A stretch of DNA of 64,000 nt from Mytilus trossulus (lineage: Eukaryota), in assembly GCF_036588685.1 (NCBI RefSeq), contig NC_086376.1, positions 75,495,630-75,559,629 on the forward strand, given 5' to 3'. Below, piece by piece: positions 51,801 to 64,000 of the stretch. The notes below the pieces were generated by a model that saw only the letters and a program-made list of their open reading frames with translations, had not been told where the DNA came from and searched no databases. The stretch's first letter is position 1. The number at the start of each line of letters is the position of its first letter. A program made the position numbers and the translations under genes.

Positions 51801-54759
51801 CTATTAAGACTGATGGTTTTGATTTGATCATTGAGTTTCAAATGTATACTAGCGCATCCAATGACCCTGGCCGCTTCTATAGTTTCTACAACTGCGATCA
51901 TGAGACATATGTCAAGCTATTTGAAGCAAAGAGGCCGAATCATCTTCATCGAATGTCTTTCTTTTCAAATTTGTATTTTGCTACTAGAGAAGACTATGCA
52001 AAAATTAGTAAAATTGCGCATAGAATCGTTCTACTGTAGCGACTTCTTGATGCAGTTTAACTATACTTTATAATGCTTCATATTTGTGCTCGAAATGGTT
52101 CATTAAGCTAAACTTTACATGAACTCTTCATGTTTAGACATTAAAAACTGATTGAGATCATATGTTTTTCAGGTTTACTTGATAACACAATGCTAATTCG
52201 ATAGTACACATTATATATTATTCCCGTGGGATTCCTTGTGCGTGCCCATGTCAATCATTCAAGTTATGTCTTAAACAAAAACTGTCACAATTAAACAATT
52301 AAATGATATTTGTGTATTTGATACCTTGACAAATTACATAATTGTGGTCGATCACTGAGAAAATGCAATAAATGCTAATTAAGTGATTCATAGCGTATAC
52401 TATTACATTAAAATCATGCTCATTCAGAAATAGTAGGTTAGCATGGACTTAAAAATAAAATCACACAGATGTATTTTATCAGGTTTTGTAATCTGCCTTT
52501 TTTAGGTTACTTCCGAGTGAAGGACTGCACCAAGGTACAAATATCTCGGTGGTTATATACATTTGTGTTTTAGAGTGCACGAAATTCGAACATCATTCAA
52601 TCGGTTACTATGTTTGAATCTATAGAATCTTATAAAAAGGGGTATTTAGAACTGCCACGGGCTGTGTTCGACTCACCGCCACATTGTTGAAAGGCTAAAG
52701 TGATACAGTAGATGGTATACGATAGCCAATCGGCTTCCTATGTATAAATGTGAATAGTTTTAATCGTATTTGCCTAAATGGTGGATGGCTATCACTCAAA
52801 TGATACTATTTCTGATAGTGAATGAACAAAAAGTACGAAGCACTAATAGCTCAGCTGATGATACCCTTGGGGAATAACATTCGTGCCCGATAAATCTTTA
52901 TTTTTCTTTTACAAAACAAACTTTCATTTTTAGCAACCTCATTACATTGATATTTATATGTCAAAGCCCTTTGGTGTAAGAACTCCAAATCATATCATCA
53001 CTCACTTAATATATATTGTACCTTGTAGAAAGCATTTGAGAAAACGGCTAACGTCAGATCCTTCTTTATGAATTTCTATAGTTCTTCGTATCAATTATCC
53101 CATATATTTGATCTATATATATATATATATAGTTTTTCGTATAGTGATGTAGGTATGGAGACGTGTGCGCGAGTTTTATCTTATTAATAATAAATGTACC
53201 TGATCCAAAATGTCCTGCTTTGCACCTTTTTCCAATTTTGAATTGCAGGTGCATAGCCTACGATTTTGATGACGATATAATAGTTATGATTTCCGTGTGG
53301 GTTTTATATGTGAAATAAATGATCGTTTGTTCGATAGTTTACATTACAATTATTGAAATAGTCAAGGTGTTTCTACGACCGTATTTCCTTTAAGCAAAAA
53401 TCCGTCAATCAAGATTATTCTAACCCTCCAGTTTGGTGTTAATTTTACGTTATGACAAATAAGGACGAGAGCGATTCTTTGTCCATTAATCATGTAAACA
53501 GACAGCTAAAATCCATACAAAACAGATGTCATCTATTGAAACTTTTAATCCTTCCACTCAACACAAGTATTTCACCTTACAGGAGAGATTATGAAGTTGC
53601 AAGGTTCAATGAAATATTTTTTGTAGGGATCAAAAGTAGTATTTTGCTATCAGCCTAAGGTCGATATTCATATCTTCATAGCAACTAACAGTAAGTAACC
53701 ATATTACTGTTTTATTTTCATTTTTGCAGTCTTATGTAAAGTTGTATTTTCCTTTTCAGTTTTGCATCACATTTTTAAACTTTAAAAAAAACCAATAACT
53801 GTTTACACACAAAGGTAAAATGTTGGCCAATTTATCGAAAAGGCTAAAGATAGATTTTTGATCCTTGACGTCAAACCCTTTTTTGTTATGACGTAGAAGG
53901 TTCCACAAGGCTCGGACAAGTTATGTTAATGCAATGAGATTGGCAACATCAACACGAAGCCGGTAATTCATTCTATTAAAATTTTTTTCAAAAATGTTTT
54001 TTTCTTCATTTTTGATAAAATGTAATGATGTCAATGGTTTACACTTTGCGTAATGATGAATATGCTTCTTGATGAATAGAAGATCGTATTGACCGAGTAT
54101 CAGATACAGCGCCATTCGCACTGTGAGTACGCATGCCGTTAGGTTTCAGTGGTATGCCGGTATCTGTTGCTTTTTTGCATGCCTTAGTCCTAAGAATGCC
54201 TTCATTTAGATCATTGCAATATAGTAATCTAGAGATATTTACTAACATTGCATATGAGACGAGGATGAAATCATTATCCAATTATCAAGTCCAAGAAATT
54301 AAATATATAATGGAAACAGGAAAATGACAACCAAACAACAATAAAAAAAAACCACTTAAAGAATAACTTAAAGTATCTCAGTTCATTTGAAATTCATGAC
54401 ACTGAATTTCCCTTCCAGTTTTTTCTTGGTATGTATTCATCATGGATTGACTAGTTTTGAACATCAGTTAACCACTGTTTCGACGGTGATTTCCTTTCCT
54501 ACCATCTTGTAATCTTACTTTGTACTCATTTTGTTTGCCTGAAAAATTGACTAATGAAAGTTTAAAGTTTCGGCTAGATTTAATTTATATAACTTTCTAA
54601 TTGTGAGCTATCAAATCTAACAAAATGGAAATTTTATGATTCGAAATTATTTATAATACGTATAATATGTCTTTAATCTCATCATTTAGGTTGTCATTAT
54701 ATTTCGGTTTGATTATATGTGTTTTGTTACTGTGGAGGGGGAGGTGGTCTAAGTATAAT

Positions 54760-54925
54760 TGTTCACTGTGGGTTTGAACACCGCAAGTTGCATATATGCT
54801 TGACTCAAATTGTTATCGATTAGTTTTCCTTCCGAAGGTCAGTGGTTCTCTCCGCTCACTTTGGATACATCAACCAATAAAAACATCAAATTACACAATA
54901 ATGCTGAAAGAAGCATTGATCACAG
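54760..54925 (+). mobile_element. Degenerate V-SINE-like fragment
   Basis: ggtcagtggttctctccg.tcact...caaccaataaaa is similar to the reverse complement of 58620-58730. Confidence 0.5.
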
Positions 54926-57203
54926 ATCAATCGATATGAAATGGGTACGACAAATGGCGAAAGTCCATAGCAGTTAGTCACGCAATGAAAATGACTTCGC
55001 TTGAAGAACATCTGGATATGCGGAATCCTGATTTGAAACGGCGCTATCTAAAAATTCCTATCAACTGAGAAGTATTCATTTCAACAGGCGCTCATGGTAT
55101 TTTGCTACATTAAACATCAAATAGCGTAAGGGAACACTGAAATCATCTATTATGTTGTAAATTTGAGTTCTCAATGAGACGTTGCTACTAATCTGTAGCT
55201 GTATTTCAAGATATGATATACACCTAGCTGTATGTGTGGTATCTGTTATTTCAATTACAAACTGTTATAAAAAATTAAGTCACAACATTTTAAAGTATTC
55301 AGTGGTAGAACACTCCCTCTTTGGCGGAATTTGGGATTGATGTCTAGTGCTAGCTTTTTATTTTCCAGTGCACCGAAAGCCTTTTTACGATATATGCATC
55401 ATACTAAAATAAATAATTTAAAAAAATATAAATTTCGTTCGTTCGAAACGTTAAATCCGGATTTACCTTCATCAGCAAAGCCCAATCCACACTTTTAAAA
55501 ACCAATGCTGTATAAGACCTAAACACTTGGAATGCCACATGACAAAAAAAGGGAAACTTTGAAGCTTTATGTACAAGATCGCATTTATTTTAGTATATAA
55601 GGTCACCTATTTGTGTGAGGATTTCATATCTGACTCCTTTGTAATTAAAAATACTTTTTATAAAGGCAAAGGATGGTTTGGAAAAAGCAGTTAACTTAAG
55701 CATGCATCTGTCCTAATACCAGAGGGTATGAATTGTCATGGTATAAAATGTCTTTTAAAATACACATGTGTCTCCCAACATAAATCTAATAAAGAAATGT
55801 TCGAAAATATTAGTGATTAAGGTTTTGTATATATACATTGTACTTGATTAGAATAACGACTTACGGTATGTGAACATGTAGTTATGATTGCGCAACATGT
55901 TCGATTAGATATTATACATATAGTCGTTGTAAAACTATTTTTATCTCATTTTGAAAAAAAAGTATCGTGTTTCAAATAGATAAGTTTCGTACTCGTCTAG
56001 ACCCTTACAAAACTATTGCGTTTGGTCCAGTAAAGCTAATTCAGTAGAAACATCCTTGGAACTATATTGGAAAACAAAGCGATAAAGGTGAACTATACAA
56101 GATTTTCTAATTTTGTTTCAGGTTAATATAAAAGTTACAACAAATTACTCCATGTAACCTTAATGTGGTGTTTGAATCCGAATGGTTTTATGAGGATTTA
56201 ACACGCATTTAGGACAGTCATCTACCGGATTTTATGTCACATCAAAAGTATATTTCTTTACACTGTGGAGACCGCCATAGATAAAGTATTTATAAAGGTA
56301 GGTTATAAGTTTTATTTATTTATACAGAAATTCGTTCTGCACATATGGTGTAGCACATGTAATGTTAATTCAATATTTCGTCGGTATGTTTTGAGTCGAA
56401 CATAGTTTTTTCTGTTTTACCTTGTTATTGTGACAACGGAAAGAATTCACGTCAACAGTAAACATATATGATATTTCTGTTGATAGTGTATGTTTTGCTA
56501 CATACTTACAGAGTTTACGGAGGTATACGAAGTGATAATTTCACCCTATTTACAGCTGTTTGACGTTTCGGCAGTGCATACACACTTTTAAACAATTTTT
56601 TTTTATCGGAGCTTGGAGTTGTAGCTTATACAATGTGTATACATATGGCATATACATGTACTATTTTACTGACTACAAATTACGGGAACATACGTGTACA
56701 GGATCCACTTACAAATGAATAATGATTGATATAGAGGAGACGAATACATTTCTATGGATCCTAAATTGTTCTGTATTCTCTCAGTGTCTCAATAATCATT
56801 CGGCAATCCTCTGTAGAATCCGCTACTCTCCTTCTATCCAGGGTACGGAATCGGCCAAATTCAGACGAATTTCATAATTACATTGTACTTGGTAATTACT
56901 GTAGATTATCATATCCTGCATGATTTCTTTGCACACATCTTCTCCAGTCGTTTGTTTTATTTATTATCTTGCTTTATCATTATCTGTATTTAAAAAAAAG
57001 TAAGACAATACAGATTCGTGCTTTGTAATTTAAACAACGTAACTAAGTTCATAAAAGTAGAATAGGATAAAATTCTCCAAACGAGCTTATAATCATCATG
57101 CGTGAATGATTAATTGTTGTGGTAAAACACCACTGTGAGCAATCATGGGCGCCAGTTCTTGATGTTAGAAACCTGAATATCAAAAGCGAACCACCAGCCT
57201 TTG

Positions 57204-57297
57204 TCAGGCAAACTGGCAATCCTTGTCAACGATTCGATCAGGCAAACTTGCAATCCTTGTCTATGATTCGATCAGGCAAACTGGCAATCCTTGTCAA
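57204..57297. repeat. 34-bp minisatellite x2.8 (tcaggcaaactggcaatccttgtcaacgattcga)
   Basis: Directly visible. Confidence 0.9.
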
Positions 57298-58619
57298 TGT
57301 CTATCAAACAAACTACAGAATCATGTAAAAACCTTTGTTTTCCAAATGATGATTTATGTACAAACTGTATACAGATTTTTAAGAAGAATACTATGATGCA
57401 AGACAAAATTAGCAGATCCATAGGACTGCTTTGAGACTGTTTAATTTGGTTACATTACTTATTTTACAACATCGACAATTGGGAAATTTTTTATATATGT
57501 CAGTATAGTGTATAATATTATCGTTATGTCCAACAGCAAGTCAAATTATTCCTACGACGGAGGCTTTTTATAATTCCATACTGCAATTAAATTTTTAAAC
57601 TTGTTTTGTACATTCAGTGTGTTAGGTTCCAGCAATCATGAGACCCAGATTCATTGTTACACTCCTCTTGTTTTCACAGTTGTCAAATACTTCAATTAGA
57701 TGACCAAGTTTATTCAATTATACACAAGTCGACAACCTTCAAATAACGAGGTCAATATATACATAAGAGATGTCTTAACATATTAAATTGTTGAGGCATC
57801 AACGATGCTCAAAACTTTAAGTATTCGCCTCTTCGTATCTGAAAAATAATTCCTATTGATAAATAAGTAGTTCATATATGCCATCGGCTAGTACTTGTCC
57901 ATTCGGTATTTCTACAAAATTAACGGTTTATGTATGCATCTAACATGAAACTGTCTAGACGCATGGCCGATAGGAATCAGTTAATGTTAGGAAACGAGTG
58001 TTCATCTCTTTACAGTAACACCATGTATGGCGTATCTATTCCTTAGATAACTTCTATTTAATTGGTTACCCTTTCGGTTTGTTTATCAAAATTGTTACAC
58101 GTATAATACATATATGCAGTCTATCTAAATTGTAACAGGTATACATTTATGCAGTCCATCTAAATTGTTTGGCCTACTGAAATGAACTTCTGTCAAGTCT
58201 TTTCTTAAAACATATTGAATTTGATTGTATAAATGTGTGTTTATTGATTCTACGATTATATTGTTATTAAAGTATTTGAAAGATTTCATCGTCTTGAATT
58301 CTGTTATTTGTTGTCAATCATGTCCCCCCGTTTGTGTCAATCTACTGTATACGGGGTAGTCTGTCCAAATAGTATAGCAAATATATAAGTTCACCCAACC
58401 GGGTTCTAAGGGACTTTTTAATCTTCAAGTGAGGTTGGAAATTTTGGTTCGAATTTGAGATGAAGTTCGGTGTGTGTTGTGATTTTGAGCCATGAATAAA
58501 TGTGCAGTTAGTCTTTGCATGCAAAAGTTACTTGATAAAAAATTAGCAAACACAGTAAAAATCATTGCGATGTTTTAATCAATGCAAATAATGCAATTTG
58601 GTGATTATCGCAACAATAA

Positions 58620-58730
58620 GATTTGATTGACTTTTTGTGTTTCAAAGCCACTTTGATTTTTAACGACATATTTGGGGCTATTTCGTGGTGGCCAATTTTA
58701 TTGGTGGAGGAAGCCGGAGTGCTCGGTGAA
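58620..58730 (-). mobile_element. V-SINE-like 3' fragment
   Basis: Minus strand reads ccgagcactccggcttcctccaccaataaaa...aaagtggc...aatcaaat, resembling the V-domain 'ccgggtactccggtttcctcc' (from recall). Confidence 0.6.
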
Positions 58731-60947
58731 AAGTAAAAACGCAAAAACACTGAACTCCGAGGAAAATTCAAAATGGAAAGTCCCAAATCGAATGGCAAAA
58801 TCAAAAGTTCAAACACATCAAACGAATGGAAAACCACCATCCTTCGCGATAGGAAAACTGACAAAAGTGGATTTGAACAGCTACTATCATTTCAAATGTA
58901 ATAGTAATGGCTTTTCTAAAAACCATTGTTTCCCAAGGATAAAATAATAACCGACATAAGAGAACGACATGGTTATCAAGCATGGTTAGGAGAAAAATTA
59001 AACTCAGTGTGAAAACGATCAGTAATGTTAGAAAGTGTCTGTAACTATGCAGAAAATTATAGGTGATAAAGCAGATTGAACTATTTCGGTAACGAAAATG
59101 ATTGAAACTCCCTGGGGAAGATGAATTTCAATATTCCGTTAAACTTGTTGTAATGATAAAAACAGGATAAAAAATGACTTTGCCAAATCACATAATGATG
59201 TAAATTTCATTCCCATATTGAGTTGTTTTCTAGGTTATGTAATTTTTTGCAGAAGATTGGATTTTATAAATCTGTGATGCAAGTTGTCAAATTAACTTTT
59301 CATCAAAATGTAGAATGTATTGCGAAGGATTCACTTACACTTTACAAATTATATTTGTATGATTGGCTGGTGGAATCTTAAATTTCAACAATGATTTAAT
59401 TAATCATTTAAAATAAAAACTAAACAGAGTGGGAATTAATAGAAACCTAGTAATTCTATCGGCTACTATTGCTTTAACAAGGATTGCGTGAAGAAATAAC
59501 TGAGAAGGCGGACTTTGATTAGAGGCATAATTTTAGGTCTAAAAATAAGGGAAGCCTTAAAACATTGTCAGATTTTTTTCATACGGGAACACTTTAAAAT
59601 AATCTGTATATTAAAGTGGAGTATGTAACTTCTGATGTTACTGTGACGTAATGAAACATGATGAAAATAGCCAAAACTTACCATTTGAAAAAAAAGTTTT
59701 TTGACAAAATGAATATGAGCAAAGACTTGGCTATATACCCAGAATGACAATTAATTCCATATTGAAATGTTCATAAACTACATAAAATAATGCAGTAAAC
59801 AATCTTTGCGTATAGCTATCAACTAACCTTTATGTTTGCTCATGTGAATAGTATACTGTCAAGATTTCAAATCATGCAATTTCTGCAGGTTTTTTTTCAA
59901 GCTGAAATTCAAATTCAAAGCTATCAATATTGATCTGTCTGATTAGCATCTTATATAAATACCAAAGATTTACACGAATGAAGCATATTTGAATTGAGTT
60001 CACGAAATATATCATGATCATTTATCCAACAGAAATGTATTCACATTTTTAAACTTGATCGGAAAATAACGTTAAAAATAAGAAAATGTGGCTTAGGATT
60101 GCCATTGAGATAACTCTCCACAAGGAACCAAACGACACAGTAGTTAACAACTATATCACCATTGATAATTTAATCTCTTTAAAATACAATTGCATACATT
60201 TGAAATGTGCCATTGGAATTTAGGTTAAACCTGACAAATTGTGTTTGTAATACAAAAACTAAACACGAGCAGGGCTGAATAAATACTAAAATTTATTAAA
60301 ACGAAATCATTAAATTCTAAACCTTTCCGGAAGTATTAGCGTAATGGATGGTAATGTTGTTTCCATGAAAACATCTTTATGATGTCTCAGTTTTTACCTC
60401 GGCATTGTATTTCCATTTTCAACATTTGTAACGCATCAGTATGTCTTTTCCTGATGACATTCAGCAAAAAACTCTCTCCATAGATCTGCCCCACGGAAAT
60501 GCTGCATAACATCTACCTGTTGAATGCATTACGAAACTTTGATGTTTTAAGCTAAAGCTATAAGACTATGTTCTGTTTGCCTCATTGGTAACAATTAATA
60601 ACTTAACTCATTCTCTGAATGGCAGAGCATTGCTATTAGAATGACTAGGTTTCTGACTTATGTAGCATACCATTGATCGACAGTCTCTTGAGTATAGCCG
60701 TTTATGTTTTGTCACTGTAAACCTGCTAATGTGATAATCAATTGAGTTTTATGGGAATAATGAATTTCTTTACAATGTTTTGATATAGTTTAATCAATTA
60801 TCAGTTTTATTTATGGAAAACAAAAAACAACTTCCATTAAGTCTGAGGTAAGAATTTGAGATGTATTATCAAGATAAGTTTGGAATGTTTTTTTTTATTG
60901 AACATTGTTTTGTAGATTGTTTTATTGTCGTTGATGGATATTTTGTC

Positions 60948-61058
60948 TACAATGTATTGGGTTTTATAATCACAGTCAATACAGAGATTATCGAAGATAA
61001 ATTTACAATGTATTGGGTTTTATAATCAGTCAATATAGAGATTATCGAAGATAAATTT
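60948..61058. repeat. 56-bp tandem duplication
   Basis: tacaatgtattgggttttataatc(ac)agtcaata.agagattatcgaagataaatt x2. Confidence 0.9.
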
Positions 61059-62081
61059 CGCTACAAACCTTTATAATGTAAATGGAAAGTCGTAAATTTT
61101 ACATCATATGGAGCCGTGTCATCACGTCACTAGTGAGTAAATGACCTATAATTACATGGGACTGGAATAGGTTATGATGGTTAATTGTTAGTTAATGACT
61201 AAGATAACAGTAACTAAGGTTGCAACTCCCTCGGGTAAAATTTACACACAAAAAAGAAAACGTATTGCCCTGTCCATATAATTATCAATATTTCTATTGC
61301 CCTGTCCACATTACTCTCAATAATTCTTTACTGATTTAAATTGGCACTGATTTGACACGGACCATGCTGTGCTATAATAAGTTTATAAAAGTCCTGCTAA
61401 CATTCATAAAGTAGTGTGATTCGAATAAACACATGGCGAATAAAGTTAATACAAATAAGTAATTTACTGGTACAATAATTCAGCATTATCAAGTTAATCT
61501 ATAATATAATTAGCGAACAAATCACCACTAATACATCTGGAAATATTACATTAACAATAATAACATTAACTGTACCAGTTTTACTGCACAAGATGCACAT
61601 TTCGACATTAAAAATTTCTCTCATGATGATACAGACCAAATTTGAAAATCTAAAACTGATCCAAAAATTTAAGAGCGGACTCATTTGTAAACTGGACCCC
61701 TGTTGTGTTCCGTGACATATCGCCACACTTAGGTGCGAAAATATATATGGAATGGCGGACCAGTTTTGATACATTTGCATTATCAACTCGATCCTCTCGC
61801 TCAACTGGATCATGTAAAGTGTAAACTATTTGTAAATTTTGCCTTGCTGATCATTTTGCAATTTGAATTTCTATTTCTCTATTTAAGTTTGAAAAAAAGA
61901 GTCACCAAAGCAAACATATAAAAAATGTCGTTTAAGGGCAATAACTGCTACAATGAGCTAAAGGTATATAATATATCTCTGAATGAACCCACCAATGATT
62001 TCAATACTTTCATCTTATTTGTAGATCTAGTCTTGTAGATACATTTTACATGCCGGTTTTTTCTTTTTATCTTAGTTTCAA

Positions 62082-62127
62082 CATAGATGTAATACCCATA
62101 GCTATGCATATGGGTATTACATCTATG
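62082..62127. mobile_element. 46-bp micro-MITE (19-bp perfect TIRs, 7-bp TSD), P-superfamily-like
   Basis: gtttcaa|CATAGATGTAATACCCATA-gctatgca-TATGGGTATTACATCTATG|gtttcaa. Confidence 0.8.
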
Positions 62128-62199
62128 GTTTCAAAAACGAATTAACAAATATACAACATCTTCATTTAATACATGTAGTATCGTCTGGTTTTATGCCAT

Positions 62200-62430
62200 T
62201 ATCGAAGTACTGGCTACTGGGCTGGTGGACTTAACCGCCGTCCAGCAGTGAGGTATTGGCCCAGTAATAGTTATAAAAGTAAAGATACTTATTTTTACTG
62301 CACAAGTTGTGCATTTCGACAATATTCATTTTGAAATTTTAGATATTAATACCCAAATTTTGCGCAACTTTCAATATCACAATTCCTGTACTTGCATGTC
62401 AATACCGAAGTACAACTGGGCTGTTGATAC
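62200..62430 (-). mobile_element. Highly decayed retrozyme remnant (third HHR variant)
   Basis: cgaagtactggctactgggctgg and tgtcaataccgaagtac body motifs, plus a partial HHR ttgtcgaaatgcac (-). A related relic lies at about 61585-61630. Confidence 0.5.
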
Positions 62431-64000
62431 GTTTTTTAAAAGAACTATAATGGCATAAGTAAGTGGCAAAAATAAATTTGCTTTTTTCTGTTATTCCCGT
62501 ATTGTCGTAACTTGTGTTTGGTTTTTTTTTAACAATCAAATTGTCATGGCAAAATTTGTTGATCTGCATGATTTTGTATCAGAATATATAATACTCACAT
62601 AATAATCTATGTATTTGATAACGTAAATATAAAACAAAAATATCTTTATGTCAGTTCCACAGAATATTCAATTGAAAAATGTCCAAATGATTTAATAGAA
62701 ATTTAATAAAAGTTGAAATAAAACAGGATTGAATGAAAATTATAATTTCGTCACGGGTTTAGCTTTGTTGTTGTGCCATTGCATAACTTCCTGGCACCTA
62801 GTTAAACGTTCTTACAATATTACAAAACAGTAGGGTTAATCGAGTTAATTTTGCATATAGAGATTTTAACAGCATCCAAATTATTTCTTCCATGCCGCAA
62901 AGATTATTGTAAGTAATTATTCTCAGCATATAATTGGCAAATTATACAAAGACTGCACTATTTTGTTCATGCAATGAATAATGCCAGATGCAAATAATGT
63001 AATACGCTTTAATACCCAAAGGATGTTTACTTAAAGTACCATGGAAACTTTTAGTTTTTAAATTTAAAAATATTAGGATTGTTTGACATTAAAATTTATT
63101 TGGCAATACATCAGCCAATTTCAGGATAAAAACGTGTTAAAACTATCACGTTTTTGGCCTTTTTTGTGAGGTTCAAAAATGGGGATTTAGTTGGAACGGT
63201 TTTGTATGACGTTGAATAAAAATATGTATTGTAAAGCGAAATCTTGATAGTACTGCCACTGTAGTCGGAAGAATATGACACAGATTTTAAGGATGATCAA
63301 GAATAAGTTTTCCTAATCTTAAAACAAAAAATGTGTCGCAAACTTTTATCGTATTAGTGCCAGCGACATTCTCTGTTACATAGATATATCTACAACACTT
63401 TTAACGGAACGTGCCTCTGACACAAATACCGAACATTACTGTTAGAAACGCGTTAATTAAGCTTTATTTCACTATATTTATTATTTTCAGAGGAAAGACT
63501 TGTTTTGGAGAAAGCTATTTCATGTCTGACCCGTCATTAACGGTGTATGAGAAATGTTTCAATAATCTAAGGCTAGACTATAGGTCCAAATTATAGTACT
63601 CATCACAACACTTGTAATCGTAATAAATCTTCCCTCATTTATCACAAAACACTTTATAAATCAACAAACACAAATAATAGGAAAATGAAATTCTGTTTAC
63701 AATGATAAATAGGGGCCGTATTTAATTGATTCAATTCCTTTAATAAAAGCGTCTAGCTGGGATGGTACAATACCCATTTATCAATACTTACAAATCCAAT
63801 TCAATGTAACTATATTCGTATAAACGAATTAATGGAATTAAGATACTATAGATGAGTTACTGTCTCTAATATTGAGGATTTGACATTTCTTATTTCATAG
63901 CCCTCTTGTGCACTATTACCATGTGTTACCATAGAAAATACCAGACAGTGGAGAATGGGCATGTAGTTGAGTGAATATTAAGTTGGTTCCTTTGACGTTA

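Noticed and set aside
57204-57297. 34-bp repeats as a possible CRISPR array
   Set aside because: The units are contiguous with no unique spacers, in a eukaryotic context with no cas genes.

Overview
This is an AT-rich (roughly 30% GC by eye), repeat-dense animal genomic window with no long intact ORF. The repeat inventory strongly resembles a Mytilus-type bivalve; that assignment is from recall, not a search. Supported content: (1) a 5'-truncated RTE-clade LINE at the left end. (2) Relics of at least two Penelope-like (PLE) retroelement families whose RT ends without a C-terminal GIY-YIG, plus many 3'-end fragments. (3) About 350-nt non-LTR retrozyme monomers and dimers carrying type I hammerhead ribozymes (HHR) of three sequence variants; one copy at 37652-37695 (-) is fully intact. 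(4) Several SINE-like families that share a central '...cctgt(c/a)ccaagtcagga...' domain. (5) MITEs, including Kolobok-like and TA-flanked ones and a 46-bp P-like micro-element. (6) An old ~3.5-3.9 kb head-to-tail duplication (3251-10612) containing near-invariant regulatory-like blocks. The most unusual signal is a second, opposite-strand hammerhead-like motif (CUGnUGA-hairpin-GAAACGUC) at a fixed position inside the retrozyme monomer, which suggests an ambisense, viroid-like architecture or its relic. Host-gene evidence is limited to low-confidence spliced exon candidates on the minus strand.
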